32,000 nt of DNA from Promethearchaeum syntrophicum (GCF_008000775.2 NZ_CP042905.2:1230001-1262000); one strand, 5' to 3'. Shown: positions 1 through 9,058, counted from the stretch's first letter. The notes: generated by a model not told the origin, from the sequence alone. Program-made: numbers and translations.

Positions 1-1129
1 TGGGTTTAATCAGAGAAGGTACAATCAATTTAGCTTTTATTCCTTCTTCCTCTTCATATTCATATTCTTCAGAATGCGTACCATGAATACTCTTTAAATT
101 TGATTTTGATTTTTCTTTTGGTTGATCTTCCATTATGTGGGACACTATACGGATTTCGCCCTCAAATCTCTCGATTAAGGCAGTAGTTATCTCCTCTTTA
201 TTTTCAGTTGGAATAAATGCCTTAAGTCTAATAATATCTCCCCTATATGTTTCTCTAAATTGTTTTTCAAGAAGATCATATTTTTTAAAACTCTGTAATA
301 ATTCCATATATCCTCGAAATTTTGGGGCTTTATTTTTTTCTGAATCAATTAAAATCTTATTTTTTTCAATTCTTTCATTGCGAAATTTAATGACTTCATC
401 TAATAAGATTAAATTTAAGCCAGATTCATTAAAATATACCTCAAAGTTTGTTATTTCAGTTGCGTTATGGCAAATTTCTGATATTTTTTGATGATAAGAA
501 TGATGAAATATTGTAAAGAAAAAGGTGAAATTATCATCAAATTCTTTGAATTCGATTACTAGTGGTATTTCCTCATACTCTAAATTAACTTCCATATCAG
601 TAAATTCCCCAGGTGTCGAATAAAATACTCTAAATTCCAACTGATTAAACCAATCTAAAGAAACACTTGTTGTATCGTACTCCGATAACCATATTAGGAT
701 CTCTCTTAAGATCTCATCGTTTCTGATCTCTTCTTGAGTTACTTCAATATCTTTTATAAAACCTTTTAAATGTCGAATTTCAGGTGCAATTTGTTCATGT
801 AATTGATTTATTCCATCAACCATTGATGAAATTACCATTTTATGTCTTAATTCTTTCTTAGGTTTTTCAATTTTCTCTGGTTCTAATTGGAAATGCTGGA
901 AATAAAATATAATGTTATCTTCAATTTCACTAATTTTCTGTTTGATTTCGTCAAGAGCGGTGGATTCAGTCAAGAAATGTTCTCTTCGTAGATGATGGGG
1001 CGTCTTTTTTTCAGATTCTTCAAACAGTTTGATATGGATTTTATGTTTAGGAACTTCAATTAAAAACTGAGGTATTCTTGATTTATGAATTGAAATTTCC
1101 AGTAAACTCATTTTTTCGGGACGTAACAT
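1..1129 (-). CDS. atpI: A/V-type ATP synthase subunit I (a), N-terminal part; the gene continues beyond the left window edge
   Basis: Absent from the ORF track because it has no stop codon in the window. Hand translation of the minus strand from the ATG at 1129 is open to position 1: MLRPEKMSLLEISIHKSRIPQFLIEVPKHKIHIKLFEE...IVSHIMEDQPKEK...KLIVPSLIKP. The opening (M-x-R-P-E-K-M-s-l-l-x-I) and the long soluble N-terminal domain are typical of subunit I. It lies 20 nt downstream of atpD on the same strand. Confidence 0.75.
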   Translation of the reverse strand, partial: MLRPEKMSLLEISIHKSRIPQFLIEVPKHKIHIKLFEESEKKTPHHLRREHFLTESTALDEIKQKISEIEDNIIFYFQHFQLEPEKIEKPKKELRHKMVISSMVDGINQLHEQIAPEIRHLKGFIKDIEVTQEEIRNDEILREILIWLSEYDTTSVSLDWFNQLEFRVFYSTPGEFTDMEVNLEYEEIPLVIEFKEFDDNFTFFFTIFHHSYHQKISEICHNATEITNFEVYFNESGLNLILLDEVIKFRNERIEKNKILIDSEKNKAPKFRGYMELLQSFKKYDLLEKQFRETYRGDIIRLKAFIPTENKEEITTALIERFEGEIRIVSHIMEDQPKEKSKSNLKSIHGTHSEEYEYEEEEGIKAKLIVPSLIKP

Positions 1130-1149
1130 ATATTTTCACTAATTTTTTC

Positions 1150-1788
1150 TTAGTCTTTTTCAATATCCAAAAATTCTTTAATATTTTTCATTCTAATAAA
1201 TTCCTCACGTTCTTCATCATTCAAAATTTCAGTGATTGTTAGGATAGATGCAGATAAGCGTGGAATAATGATTTCGTCCAGGGCATCTATACGTCGAGTC
1301 ACTTTTTTATTTTCTTCAGCTACATGATAGAGTAGATAATCACTCTCTGCAAGTTTCATTATTATTTTCAATATTTCTCTTAACTTTTTAATTAAAATAT
1401 CGATATAAAGCGTTGTGCTGGAGTATGAATAAGTAGGAAATTTTTTTTTAGGAAGAATTAACTCAATTTTAGGGACGTCAATCCCCATAGAATGGATATA
1501 AGTAATCTCTATTTCTGGTTCTAATGTAGTTTTAGTCAAATTTGCAATTCGATTGATTTTCCTTATGCCAATCGTTTCATATGCCTTTTTAAGAAGTTTA
1601 ATATTTTCTAAAAAATGTTCTCGCATTTCTAATCTTAGATTAAAATAATCCTTCGAATATTCTCTTAGTAATTTAAGAATTTGCATTCTCTTTAAATCGA
1701 GGAGATTTTCCCCACGAAGAGAGAACTGTTTCTTTTTTTTTAGTGAGTCAAGCTCTGGCTTTGTATTTTTTAAATTCTTAAATGACAA
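1150..1788 (-). CDS. atpD: A/V-type ATP synthase subunit D (central stalk)
   Basis: 212 aa and helical. The N-terminus (KPELDSLKKKKQFSLRGENLLDLKRMQIL) fits the subunit D pattern (P-T-r-x-e-L-l-x-l-k-x-r-l-x-l-a-x-r-G-h-x-L-L-k-x-K-r-d). It sits immediately after atpB with a 6-nt gap. Confidence 0.85.
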   Translation of the reverse strand: MSFKNLKNTKPELDSLKKKKQFSLRGENLLDLKRMQILKLLREYSKDYFNLRLEMREHFLENIKLLKKAYETIGIRKINRIANLTKTTLEPEIEITYIHSMGIDVPKIELILPKKKFPTYSYSSTTLYIDILIKKLREILKIIMKLAESDYLLYHVAEENKKVTRRIDALDEIIIPRLSASILTITEILNDEEREEFIRMKNIKEFLDIEKD

Positions 1789-1794
1789 CTATTG

Positions 1795-3171
1795 TTATCT
1801 CCTTTTTACAAAATATTTTTTAATAAAATCTTTCTTAATCCTAGTTAATTCTCCCATTCCTAGGGGGCTCAATATATTCCAAGCAATATTTAGTGTCTCT
1901 TCGAAAGTTCTCTCAGTTTCTCCTTGATTGGCAAAGTAGGTCTCGAATAATTCTCCAAATTTTAAATACTTTTTATCAATGAGAGTTAAACTATCTGAAC
2001 CTATAATTGATTCCAGTTCTTTGACTTGGAGAAATTTATTATATGCCGCATAAAGTTGAGATGCAATATCTCCATGATCTTCTCGAGTGCTACCTTCACC
2101 GATTGCATCCTTCATTAACCGAGACAATGAAGCAAGTGGATATATTGGTGGAAAGATACCTTTCTGATGAAATTCTCGAGAAAGCACAATTTGACCTTCT
2201 GTAATATAACCTGTTAAATCTGGAATAGGATGTGATATGTCATCATTTGGCATTGTTACAACAGGAATTTGAGTAATTGAACCTTTTTTTCCTCGAATAC
2301 GACCTGCTCGTTCGTATATTGAAGCTAGATCACTATACATATATCCGGGGAATCCTTTTCTGGCAGGAATTTCGCCTTTAATATTTGATACTTCCCGTAA
2401 TGCCTCTGCATAACTGGTCATATCACTCAAAACAATTAAAACATGCATATCATGCTTAAATGCTAAAAATTCTGCTGTGGTTAAAGCGATTTGAGGGACA
2501 ATTAATCTCTCAATTGTAGGATCTGAAGCTAAATTTATGAAAGAAATTAATCTTGTTTTTCCTCGTTCTTCAAATTTCTGTTGAAAATATAGTGCACTTT
2601 CTGCCAAAATTCCAATTCCACAAAAAATTGTAACGAAAGGTTCATTAGTACGAACTTTTGCATTATTTACAATTTGTGCAATTAATCTATTGTGCGGAAG
2701 GCCTTGCCCTGTAAAAATTGGAAGTTTTTGTCCTCGAATAAGAGTATTAAGTCCATCGAAAAGAGAAATACCCGTTTGAATAACATCTTTTGGATACGCT
2801 CGTCTTACAGGATTTATAGGTTCTCCATTAATGTTACGCATCTCTTCTGGTAATATAGGGTCTCCTCCATCTATCGGGAGCCCCATTCCGTTAAATCTAC
2901 GACCTATCATTTCTCTTGAGACACCAATTTGAAAAATATCATCAAGAAATGTTATTTCTGTTTCAGTTGTTCCAACTCCAATTCCAAAAGTTCCTTCAAT
3001 GACTTGTATTACTACAATTTCATGACTTACACTTAAAACTTGTCCTGTTCTTATCCCTTCTCTTGTTTTTATACGGACAATACTCCCATTTTTTATATTG
3101 TGATGGTCTATTGGTTTTAAATACATCAAAGGATCTTTCACAGTTGTTAGATTTTTATATATTATTGACAT
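1795..3171 (-). CDS. atpB: A/V-type ATP synthase subunit B (non-catalytic)
   Basis: 458 aa with conserved blocks: [77 protein letters not shown]. Confidence 0.95.
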   Translation of the reverse strand: MSIIYKNLTTVKDPLMYLKPIDHHNIKNGSIVRIKTREGIRTGQVLSVSHEIVVIQVIEGTFGIGVGTTETEITFLDDIFQIGVSREMIGRRFNGMGLPIDGGDPILPEEMRNINGEPINPVRRAYPKDVIQTGISLFDGLNTLIRGQKLPIFTGQGLPHNRLIAQIVNNAKVRTNEPFVTIFCGIGILAESALYFQQKFEERGKTRLISFINLASDPTIERLIVPQIALTTAEFLAFKHDMHVLIVLSDMTSYAEALREVSNIKGEIPARKGFPGYMYSDLASIYERAGRIRGKKGSITQIPVVTMPNDDISHPIPDLTGYITEGQIVLSREFHQKGIFPPIYPLASLSRLMKDAIGEGSTREDHGDIASQLYAAYNKFLQVKELESIIGSDSLTLIDKKYLKFGELFETYFANQGETERTFEETLNIAWNILSPLGMGELTRIKKDFIKKYFVKRR

Positions 3172-3174
3172 TTT

Positions 3175-4959
3175 TTAGAGCAACTCCGCATATTGACGAT
3201 GAATTTGTAAAAGATCTCGGGAAAGCATCAAATCTAGCAAATCCAATTCATCTAGATTTTCATTACTAATATCTAATCTTGCTCGTCTTATTGAATTAAT
3301 TACTTCTAATTCTTTGAATCGAAAGAATGGAACATTTTTTCTAATTAAACCTAAACTTTCATTGTAAAACTTGAGAAATAAGCTAATAAGCTTCATTGTT
3401 TTTTCTGGAGAAGAATACCGATCATTATCATTAAAGCCATTTTGGATAAGAAATCCTTCTTTGATTAATTCTGCTGTATATATAATAAGTTGCTGATCAG
3501 GTGGTAAATTTTCTGGACCAATTAATTTAGCGATGCTTGATAATTCACCTTCTCTTGAAAGTATAAAATTAATCGCTTTACGATATTCCTCCCATCCTTT
3601 ATGTATATTTTCTTCCCAAAATTCTGCTAAATTATCATACAAAGAATAAGAATTTATCCAATTAACCGATGGATAATGCCTGGCATAAGCTAGATTAGGA
3701 TCCAATGCCCAAAACGCTTTGACGAATCTTTTTGTATTGGTTGTAACAGGTTCCGAGAAATCACCACCGCCAGGAGAAACCGCACCAATGATTGTGATTG
3801 AACCAACTCTTCTTGGATTTCCAATAATTTCAATCAATCCCGCCCGTTCGTAAAAATTGGCTAATCTTGTTGCTAAATAGGCAGGATAACCTCCTTCGGT
3901 TGGCATTTCCTCAAGCCTTCCTGATAACTCTCTTAAAGCTTCAGCCCACCTACTTGTACTATCTGCTAAGAGTAAGACATTCTTTCCCATATCCCGGAAA
4001 TATTCGGCCATTGTTATTCCTGCAAAAATTGAAGCTTCACGTGCAGATACCGGCATATTACTTGTATTCGCAATCATAATTGTTCGTTCCATTAAGGGAC
4101 GATTATTTTCTGGATCTACTAATTTAGGAAAACTATTCAACAAATCCGCCATCTCATTGCCACGTTCACCGCAGCCAATGTAAACTATAACATCAGCGTC
4201 TGCAAATTTTGCCAAGGAATGTTGCACGACCGTTTTACCCGTACCAAACCCTCCAGGAACTGCTACAACACCTCCTCTGGCTACAGGAAATAATAAATCA
4301 AACACACGAGTTCCGGTTATTAATGGTCTGTCTGGCATTAATCTTTTATGATAAGGACGGGGGATACGGATCGGCCATTTGGAAAGAATTATTTGATCAT
4401 AATTTTTATTTTCATTTTTTATACTATAAATTTTCTCAATTATATTGAAATCTCCTTCAGAGATTTCTGTAATCGTACCAGTTAAACCTTGAGGGACCAT
4501 GATTTCATGATAAAGAGAATATTCTTGTACATATCCTACAATATCTCCTTCTTGTACAGTTTCACCAATTTTAACTGTTGGTACAAAATGCCATTTTTTT
4601 TCCCGATCAAGAGCATTAACTTTCATTCCACGTGAAATGAAATCTCCAGTAATATCTGCTATGTAATCTAAAGGACGCTGTATCCCATCATATATTGAAT
4701 TAAGTAAACCCGGACCCAATTCCATTGAAAGAGGATATTGAAGATTGGTTACAATTGCATTTAATTTTAACCCTAGGGTTTCTTCATAACATTGAATTAC
4801 GGCAATATTATCTATTATTTTAATAATTTCTCCTATAATATTTAATTCTTCACTTACATTAACCATGTCTCCGACAGATTGATGAGAAAAACCTTTCACT
4901 TTGATAACAGAACCATTTATTGAACTAACATTGCCTATTATTTTATGATTTTCACTCAA
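3175..4959 (-). CDS. atpA: A/V-type ATP synthase subunit A (catalytic)
   Basis: 594 aa. Walker A is PGGFGTGKTVVQH. Other conserved blocks are ADSTSRWAEALRELSGRLEEMP and GSITIIGAVSPGGGDFSEPVT. The length is normal, so there is no intein. Confidence 0.95.
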   Translation of the reverse strand: MSENHKIIGNVSSINGSVIKVKGFSHQSVGDMVNVSEELNIIGEIIKIIDNIAVIQCYEETLGLKLNAIVTNLQYPLSMELGPGLLNSIYDGIQRPLDYIADITGDFISRGMKVNALDREKKWHFVPTVKIGETVQEGDIVGYVQEYSLYHEIMVPQGLTGTITEISEGDFNIIEKIYSIKNENKNYDQIILSKWPIRIPRPYHKRLMPDRPLITGTRVFDLLFPVARGGVVAVPGGFGTGKTVVQHSLAKFADADVIVYIGCGERGNEMADLLNSFPKLVDPENNRPLMERTIMIANTSNMPVSAREASIFAGITMAEYFRDMGKNVLLLADSTSRWAEALRELSGRLEEMPTEGGYPAYLATRLANFYERAGLIEIIGNPRRVGSITIIGAVSPGGGDFSEPVTTNTKRFVKAFWALDPNLAYARHYPSVNWINSYSLYDNLAEFWEENIHKGWEEYRKAINFILSREGELSSIAKLIGPENLPPDQQLIIYTAELIKEGFLIQNGFNDNDRYSSPEKTMKLISLFLKFYNESLGLIRKNVPFFRFKELEVINSIRRARLDISNENLDELDLLDLMLSRDLLQIHRQYAELL

Positions 4960-5635
4960 TATCTTTTACCTCGGGATGTTTTTGATGAAAAATTTCTGTT
5001 GCATTTTTAACATTTACTTCAAATATCGGAAAAATTTTCATAAATTCAATTGAAATCTCTTGTTTGTGTTTCATTATGAGAGATTCAAACGTGTAATCGA
5101 TACATAAAGTGTTATGTCTATCAATAATTTTAAACCCAAACAAAGTTTCGATGGGATTATCACTTAATTTAAGTATATCTCGCTTTTCGGGTAGTAATTT
5201 ATAAATTGAATTTTTTTTAAGATATTTAAGATCTTTAGAATTTATATAGATATTTGATGCAATGTTCACTAATGGGAGTAATTCGATTATTTTCCTTTTT
5301 AAAAATGAAAAATATTTATCTGGATCTTTTTCAATTCTTCTAATTATCTCTTTTTGTAAAAGTTCAATAAAATTATCAACACATTCTGTCTTTTTCTGGG
5401 AAATCTTTTGATTTATTTTTGAAATGCGTTTACTTTCTTCAATATTTAACTTAGTTTGGGTTTTTTTTATTAATTTCTTTTCGAGTTTAAGAAGATCTCT
5501 CTCAGTCTTGTCAAGGGTTGTTTCCTTAATATAACTAATAGAAGATTCTTTCCTTTTTTGAAGAACTTCAATTTCTTTGTTTATTATCCTTGCCAAATCA
5601 TAAGCAACATCTTTAAAATCTTCACGTAATGACAT
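4952..5635 (-). CDS. atpE: A/V-type ATP synthase subunit E (peripheral stalk)
   Basis: 227 aa. A long Lys/Glu-rich N-terminal helix is followed by a globular C-terminus (ETLFGFKIIDRHNTLCIDYTFESLI) that fits the subunit E pattern (GG-v-i-v-x-x-d-g-x-i-x-x-d-n-T-f-e-s-l-l). It overlaps the atpA start by 8 nt. Confidence 0.7.
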   Translation of the reverse strand: MSLREDFKDVAYDLARIINKEIEVLQKRKESSISYIKETTLDKTERDLLKLEKKLIKKTQTKLNIEESKRISKINQKISQKKTECVDNFIELLQKEIIRRIEKDPDKYFSFLKRKIIELLPLVNIASNIYINSKDLKYLKKNSIYKLLPEKRDILKLSDNPIETLFGFKIIDRHNTLCIDYTFESLIMKHKQEISIEFMKIFPIFEVNVKNATEIFHQKHPEVKDIE

Positions 5636-5659
5636 TTTTATTTCTCCATCGAATTATAT

Positions 5660-5962
5660 TTAAATTAAACCAATATATTTTTGAATAAATTGTTGAAAGT
5701 AATTGAAATCAAGGGTTCCTTTAATATCTGGAACTTCTATAATAATTGGGGATTTTTGTTTTTTCAAACTTGTAAAAAATCCCTTAAATCGTATTAAAAA
5801 TTTTTCGCTTATTATTATTAAACCAATATCTTTATCTCTTAATATTTCGTTAAATTGTTCCTTTAATTCATCCTCATCTTCAGTAGTTATTTCGAACCCT
5901 GTAATCCCTATCAAACTAAACATTAAATTTAGATGCTCGTCACCAACTGAAACAATTTTCAT
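5660..5962 (-). CDS. atpF: A/V-type ATP synthase subunit F
   Basis: 100 aa. The N-terminus MKIVSVGDEHLNLMFSLIGI matches the subunit F opening (M-K-I-a-V-i-G-D-x-d-t-v-x-G-F-x-L-a-G-i). Confidence 0.8.
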   Translation of the reverse strand: MKIVSVGDEHLNLMFSLIGITGFEITTEDEDELKEQFNEILRDKDIGLIIISEKFLIRFKGFFTSLKKQKSPIIIEVPDIKGTLDFNYFQQFIQKYIGLI

Positions 5963-5992
5963 TTTTTTTCCCCATTATTTATTAACTAAAAA

Positions 5993-6517
5993 TCAAAAAG
6001 TAATACCTAAAATTTCCAATCCTCTTTGAATTAATGATTTTGATTTAATTTTGTAAATCATATCTATTTCGCTTAAATTCATATGCTCTTGTGAAGATAA
6101 CATTTCTAAATTTTTTGTCATTTCTTCAGTTAATTCTGTTTTATAAAAATTAATTTCTTTATACTTGTTTTCTAGAGCCTTTTTATATTTTAAGCCATAT
6201 TTCTCTTTGTATTCTTCTATTTCGTTTTTAATATCGTCTTTTTCTTTTTCTATCGAATGTTTATAACGCTCTTCGATTGTTCTAACTTCCAAAAAAATTT
6301 TTTTAGGATTATTTGAAAAAGTTCTATTTCGTAAATGCTCACACTGTTCGGGGGTAATATCCTTACAAGATAGTTCTTCATCGGTATAATTACAACTTTC
6401 TTTATCTTTTTTTTTGTCATTTACTAGATTACCAACCTTTCCGATCATTTCTTTTTTCTTGTTTTTCTTATTTTTTTTCGATTTTACCATTTTTTCCCCT
6501 CGATTTCTTTTTTTCAT
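5993..6517 (-). CDS. Hypothetical Lys-rich/coiled-coil protein embedded in the ATPase operon; possibly a divergent peripheral-stalk subunit H (G-like)
   Basis: 174 aa. The start is 1 nt from the atpC stop and the gene ends 30 nt before atpF. The N-terminus is an extremely basic low-complexity tail (KKRNRGEKMVKSKKNKKNKKKE). A Cys-containing segment follows (CNYTDEELSCKDITPEQCEH), then about 100 aa of heptad-like Glu/Lys sequence. The subunit H assignment rests only on position and the coiled-coil character. Confidence 0.4.
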   Translation of the reverse strand: MKKRNRGEKMVKSKKNKKNKKKEMIGKVGNLVNDKKKDKESCNYTDEELSCKDITPEQCEHLRNRTFSNNPKKIFLEVRTIEERYKHSIEKEKDDIKNEIEEYKEKYGLKYKKALENKYKEINFYKTELTEEMTKNLEMLSSQEHMNLSEIDMIYKIKSKSLIQRGLEILGITF

Positions 6518-6518
6518 T

Positions 6519-7550
6519 TTATAATATACTTAGTTTGACTACTTGCGCGCGAATATCTTTAATTTCCATTTCCTTGAGTAATATTATTTGGAATATTAAT
6601 GCAAGAGACGATATTTGAATATCTGAAATTATTCCTTCCTTGAAATACATTAGAAACTGATTCAAAAAATAAGTTGAAAGCTTAACCCAAATTTCCGGAT
6701 CCGGTTTTTCTAATAATTCTGACAAAAAGTCATATTCTTTTTCAGACTTTAAAAAATTCGCTAAATAAGATAAAAATTCCTCTAAAGACCTACTACTGCA
6801 TAATTGATTAATCTGGGATGTACTAAATAGATAACTCTGATAAATTATATAAGGTTTTATTGACTCGACAGGAATTCCATTATATAATGTACGATAAATT
6901 AGATTTAGATTATAATAATCTATTTGAGTGTTAATATAAGGCGCAATTAATTTCTTTTCACGATGAGGGAGATAATCAATCTTTTCAATCATATTAGTAA
7001 AATTAAATTTATCCAATTCATTTTCAAAGTAAAAATTTTCACCAGATTTCTCAAACTCTTGTAAACCTATTTTGATAATTTTATCATAAGGAGTATTTTT
7101 TATTGTAGTATAAATTCCCTTCATATTTTTAGCTTTAATTAAATTTGAAATAAATACATCTCTTTCCAGCAATATTCCTGGTTTAAAGTAAATCTGATCC
7201 AAAATAGTATCTAATGGTGTTTTTTCTATGATACCATAGATCGCTTGCTTTATATTCCATATTTCATAACGAACTAAAAGAGATTTCAAAAAAATTTGGA
7301 TTGATTCAGGAGATGCGACAATGATTTTTTCAATAATATCAAAATAAATATTCCATAAAGAACGTTCAAATTCTATAAGATTATGTTCTTTTGGGGAAAA
7401 ATTAGGGAAAAATCGTTTGGTGAAGGTGCCTAAAGCATCTAAATTATCAAATGTTTTAATTTTTTGAGTATCTTCAGGTGTCATTAAAAGAGATTTTAAT
7501 AAAGCAAGCTTGACATACACAAACGAATATTCATCCACCGCAACCCGCAT
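6519..7550 (-). CDS. atpC: A/V-type ATP synthase subunit C (eukaryotic d homologue)
   Basis: 343 aa, all-helical. The opening (EYSFVYVKLALLKSLLMTPED) fits the subunit C pattern (Y-a-Y-v-n-a-R-v-r-a-x-k-s-x-L-l). Size and operon context also agree. Confidence 0.8.
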   Translation of the reverse strand: MRVAVDEYSFVYVKLALLKSLLMTPEDTQKIKTFDNLDALGTFTKRFFPNFSPKEHNLIEFERSLWNIYFDIIEKIIVASPESIQIFLKSLLVRYEIWNIKQAIYGIIEKTPLDTILDQIYFKPGILLERDVFISNLIKAKNMKGIYTTIKNTPYDKIIKIGLQEFEKSGENFYFENELDKFNFTNMIEKIDYLPHREKKLIAPYINTQIDYYNLNLIYRTLYNGIPVESIKPYIIYQSYLFSTSQINQLCSSRSLEEFLSYLANFLKSEKEYDFLSELLEKPDPEIWVKLSTYFLNQFLMYFKEGIISDIQISSLALIFQIILLKEMEIKDIRAQVVKLSIL

Positions 7551-7583
7551 ATAACTCCCGACAATTTCTTTTATATTATTCGA

Positions 7584-7928
7584 TCAAGGGATCTTTGTCC
7601 AAAGCAAGATACCTATGATAAGCCCGTATACGGCAAGTGCTTCACCTAAGGCAACTACTAAGAAGGCTTTGAAAAACGCTTCCGGTCTTTCTGCCAAAAC
7701 TGATATTGCAGCTGTTCCAGTTGTTTTTATTGCAATTGCAGCACCTAATACTGATGCACCAATAGAAACTGCGGAACTAATTGCGAGTATTGAAGCAACA
7801 TCAACACCACTGGTTTCTTGAGTAGGTAATGCCAATGCAGTAATCGTTTTGACTGAAGAAATAACAGTTAAGATTAACACAACCTGCCAGCTGAACAATA
7901 AAATGTAAAATTTTGTTTTACCACGCAT
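7584..7928 (-). CDS. atpK: A/V-type ATP synthase proteolipid subunit K (c), single hairpin with an extra N-terminal hydrophobic segment
   Basis: 114 aa. The Gly/Ala-rich helix is SSAVSIGASVLGAAIAIKTTG, the loop is LAERPEAF, and the second helix carries the ion-binding Glu (VVALGEALAVYGLIIG). Confidence 0.85.
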   Translation of the reverse strand: MRGKTKFYILLFSWQVVLILTVISSVKTITALALPTQETSGVDVASILAISSAVSIGASVLGAAIAIKTTGTAAISVLAERPEAFFKAFLVVALGEALAVYGLIIGILLWTKIP

Positions 7929-7950
7929 TTTAACACACTTTCATAGTGAT

Positions 7951-7959
7951 TTTATATAA
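7951..7959 (-). promoter_or_regulatory. Candidate archaeal TATA box for the ATPase operon
   Basis: The minus strand reads TTATATAAA, centred about 27 nt upstream of the atpK ATG (7928). This implies a leaderless or near-leaderless transcript. TATA-like strings are frequent in this AT-rich DNA. Confidence 0.3.
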
Positions 7960-8116
7960 CACTATTATAAGTAATTAGGACATAATCCCGTAATAATCTT
8001 TCCAAATTCAGATTTAATGAGGACGGTAATGTCTCTTTGAATACTTGTAGGAAGAAGGAAGAAAGAAAAATGATAATTGGAAATTTCAATTTTTATACAG
8101 TTCAAAGTAAGGTGAT

Positions 8117-8369
8117 TTAACCACCTGCACTTAGAAATTTTGATCTAAAATCACCTACCAATTCTGATAATTTCTCAGAATTTGCTCGAAAAAGAATGGA
8201 TACTTTAGATAATCTTATGGATCCAAATTTTGAAGTACATTCTTCAATAATCTCAATTTCCCACTCATCTCCAAAGAATTTATTCGCGTTTAAAGAATAG
8301 TTACCTACGGATTTGAAATATTCTTCAATTTTTTCGAGGAATTCCGCTTATAATTGTATATTCATCCAT
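8117..8369 (-). pseudogene. Small ORF interrupted by a frameshift (or unannotated small gene without a canonical start); the product would end in Gly-Gly
   Basis: Hand translation of the minus strand. The ATG at 8369 gives MDEYTIISGIPRKN*. The adjacent frame is open from 8344 downwards: AEFLEKIEEYFKSVGNYSLNANKFFGDEWEIEIIEECTSKFGSIRLSKVSILFRANSEKLSELVGDFRSKFLSAGG*, with no ATG/GTG/TTG near its 5' end. Confidence 0.35.
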
Positions 8370-8416
8370 GAAATCAACTAGCAGAGAATAAAGATCAATA
8401 AAAATACAAAAAAAAA

Positions 8417-9058
8417 TTAATGTGTCGCAAGTATTATTCGAACTGAATCCCCTACTGAAGCACATGAGTCGCAAGCTTCTTCAATATGTTTTGCAACACT
8501 CAAATATTGCATAATAATTCGAAGTGGAATGTCTGCCCTATTATATAAATGACCATGGAGATCTCGATAAATATTATCCACATTATCTTCAATCTCATCC
8601 AATTTATTACAGAAACTTGCAGCTGAATGCATATCATCTCCCAATTTTCTCATGAGATCATGTAATGTGTCTCCCATCTGAATAAAAACTTCAACCAGCT
8701 GTTGAAATTTGGGGATCATCTCATCTTCTGGTCTGGGACTATATCGAATGTTTCCCAATCTAACAGTAGATCCTGCTTGATTTGCTTGTACATCATTCAT
8801 CTTCATAACTAAACGGAAAAAATCTGATCTATAGATTGAAACTGCTTTTGCAACGGTTTCCAAGTTTTGATGTTTATACTTTATCGATTGTGTTTCATGA
8901 TTTCTTATCTTCAAGACTGATTTTTGGAGAGTTTCATCATCTCCCTTAAAATATGCTGTAATTGCAACTCCCATTTCTTTAAAAGAACGACTAATTAGCT
9001 TACTTTGTTCTTCCAAAGTTTTAAAAACAATTTTTTCCATTCGGTCCATATTTTTCAC
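8417..9058 (-). CDS. DUF47/PhoU-like helical-bundle protein
   Basis: 213 aa, all-helical, with two repeated halves. Acidic positions recur in ...RNHETQS... and ...LDEIEDNVDNIYRDL..., as in the PhoU_div/DUF47 family. The assignment is by pattern only. Confidence 0.5.
   Translation of the reverse strand: MKNMDRMEKIVFKTLEEQSKLISRSFKEMGVAITAYFKGDDETLQKSVLKIRNHETQSIKYKHQNLETVAKAVSIYRSDFFRLVMKMNDVQANQAGSTVRLGNIRYSPRPEDEMIPKFQQLVEVFIQMGDTLHDLMRKLGDDMHSAASFCNKLDEIEDNVDNIYRDLHGHLYNRADIPLRIIMQYLSVAKHIEEACDSCASVGDSVRIILATH

Noticed and set aside
135-491. A 118-aa plus-strand ORF at the left edge.
   Set aside because: It is antisense to the uninterrupted atpI reading frame (1..1129, minus strand), which has a recognisable subunit I N-terminus.
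3175-4959. A check for an intein or large insertion in the catalytic A subunit.
   Set aside because: 594 aa is the normal length, and the Walker A to GER-type blocks are contiguous.
3063-7821. Several 60-110-aa plus-strand ORFs inside the ATPase operon (3063, 3867, 4209, 5703, 7615).
   Set aside because: All lie antisense to strongly conserved ATPase subunit genes. They are short and have low-complexity composition.
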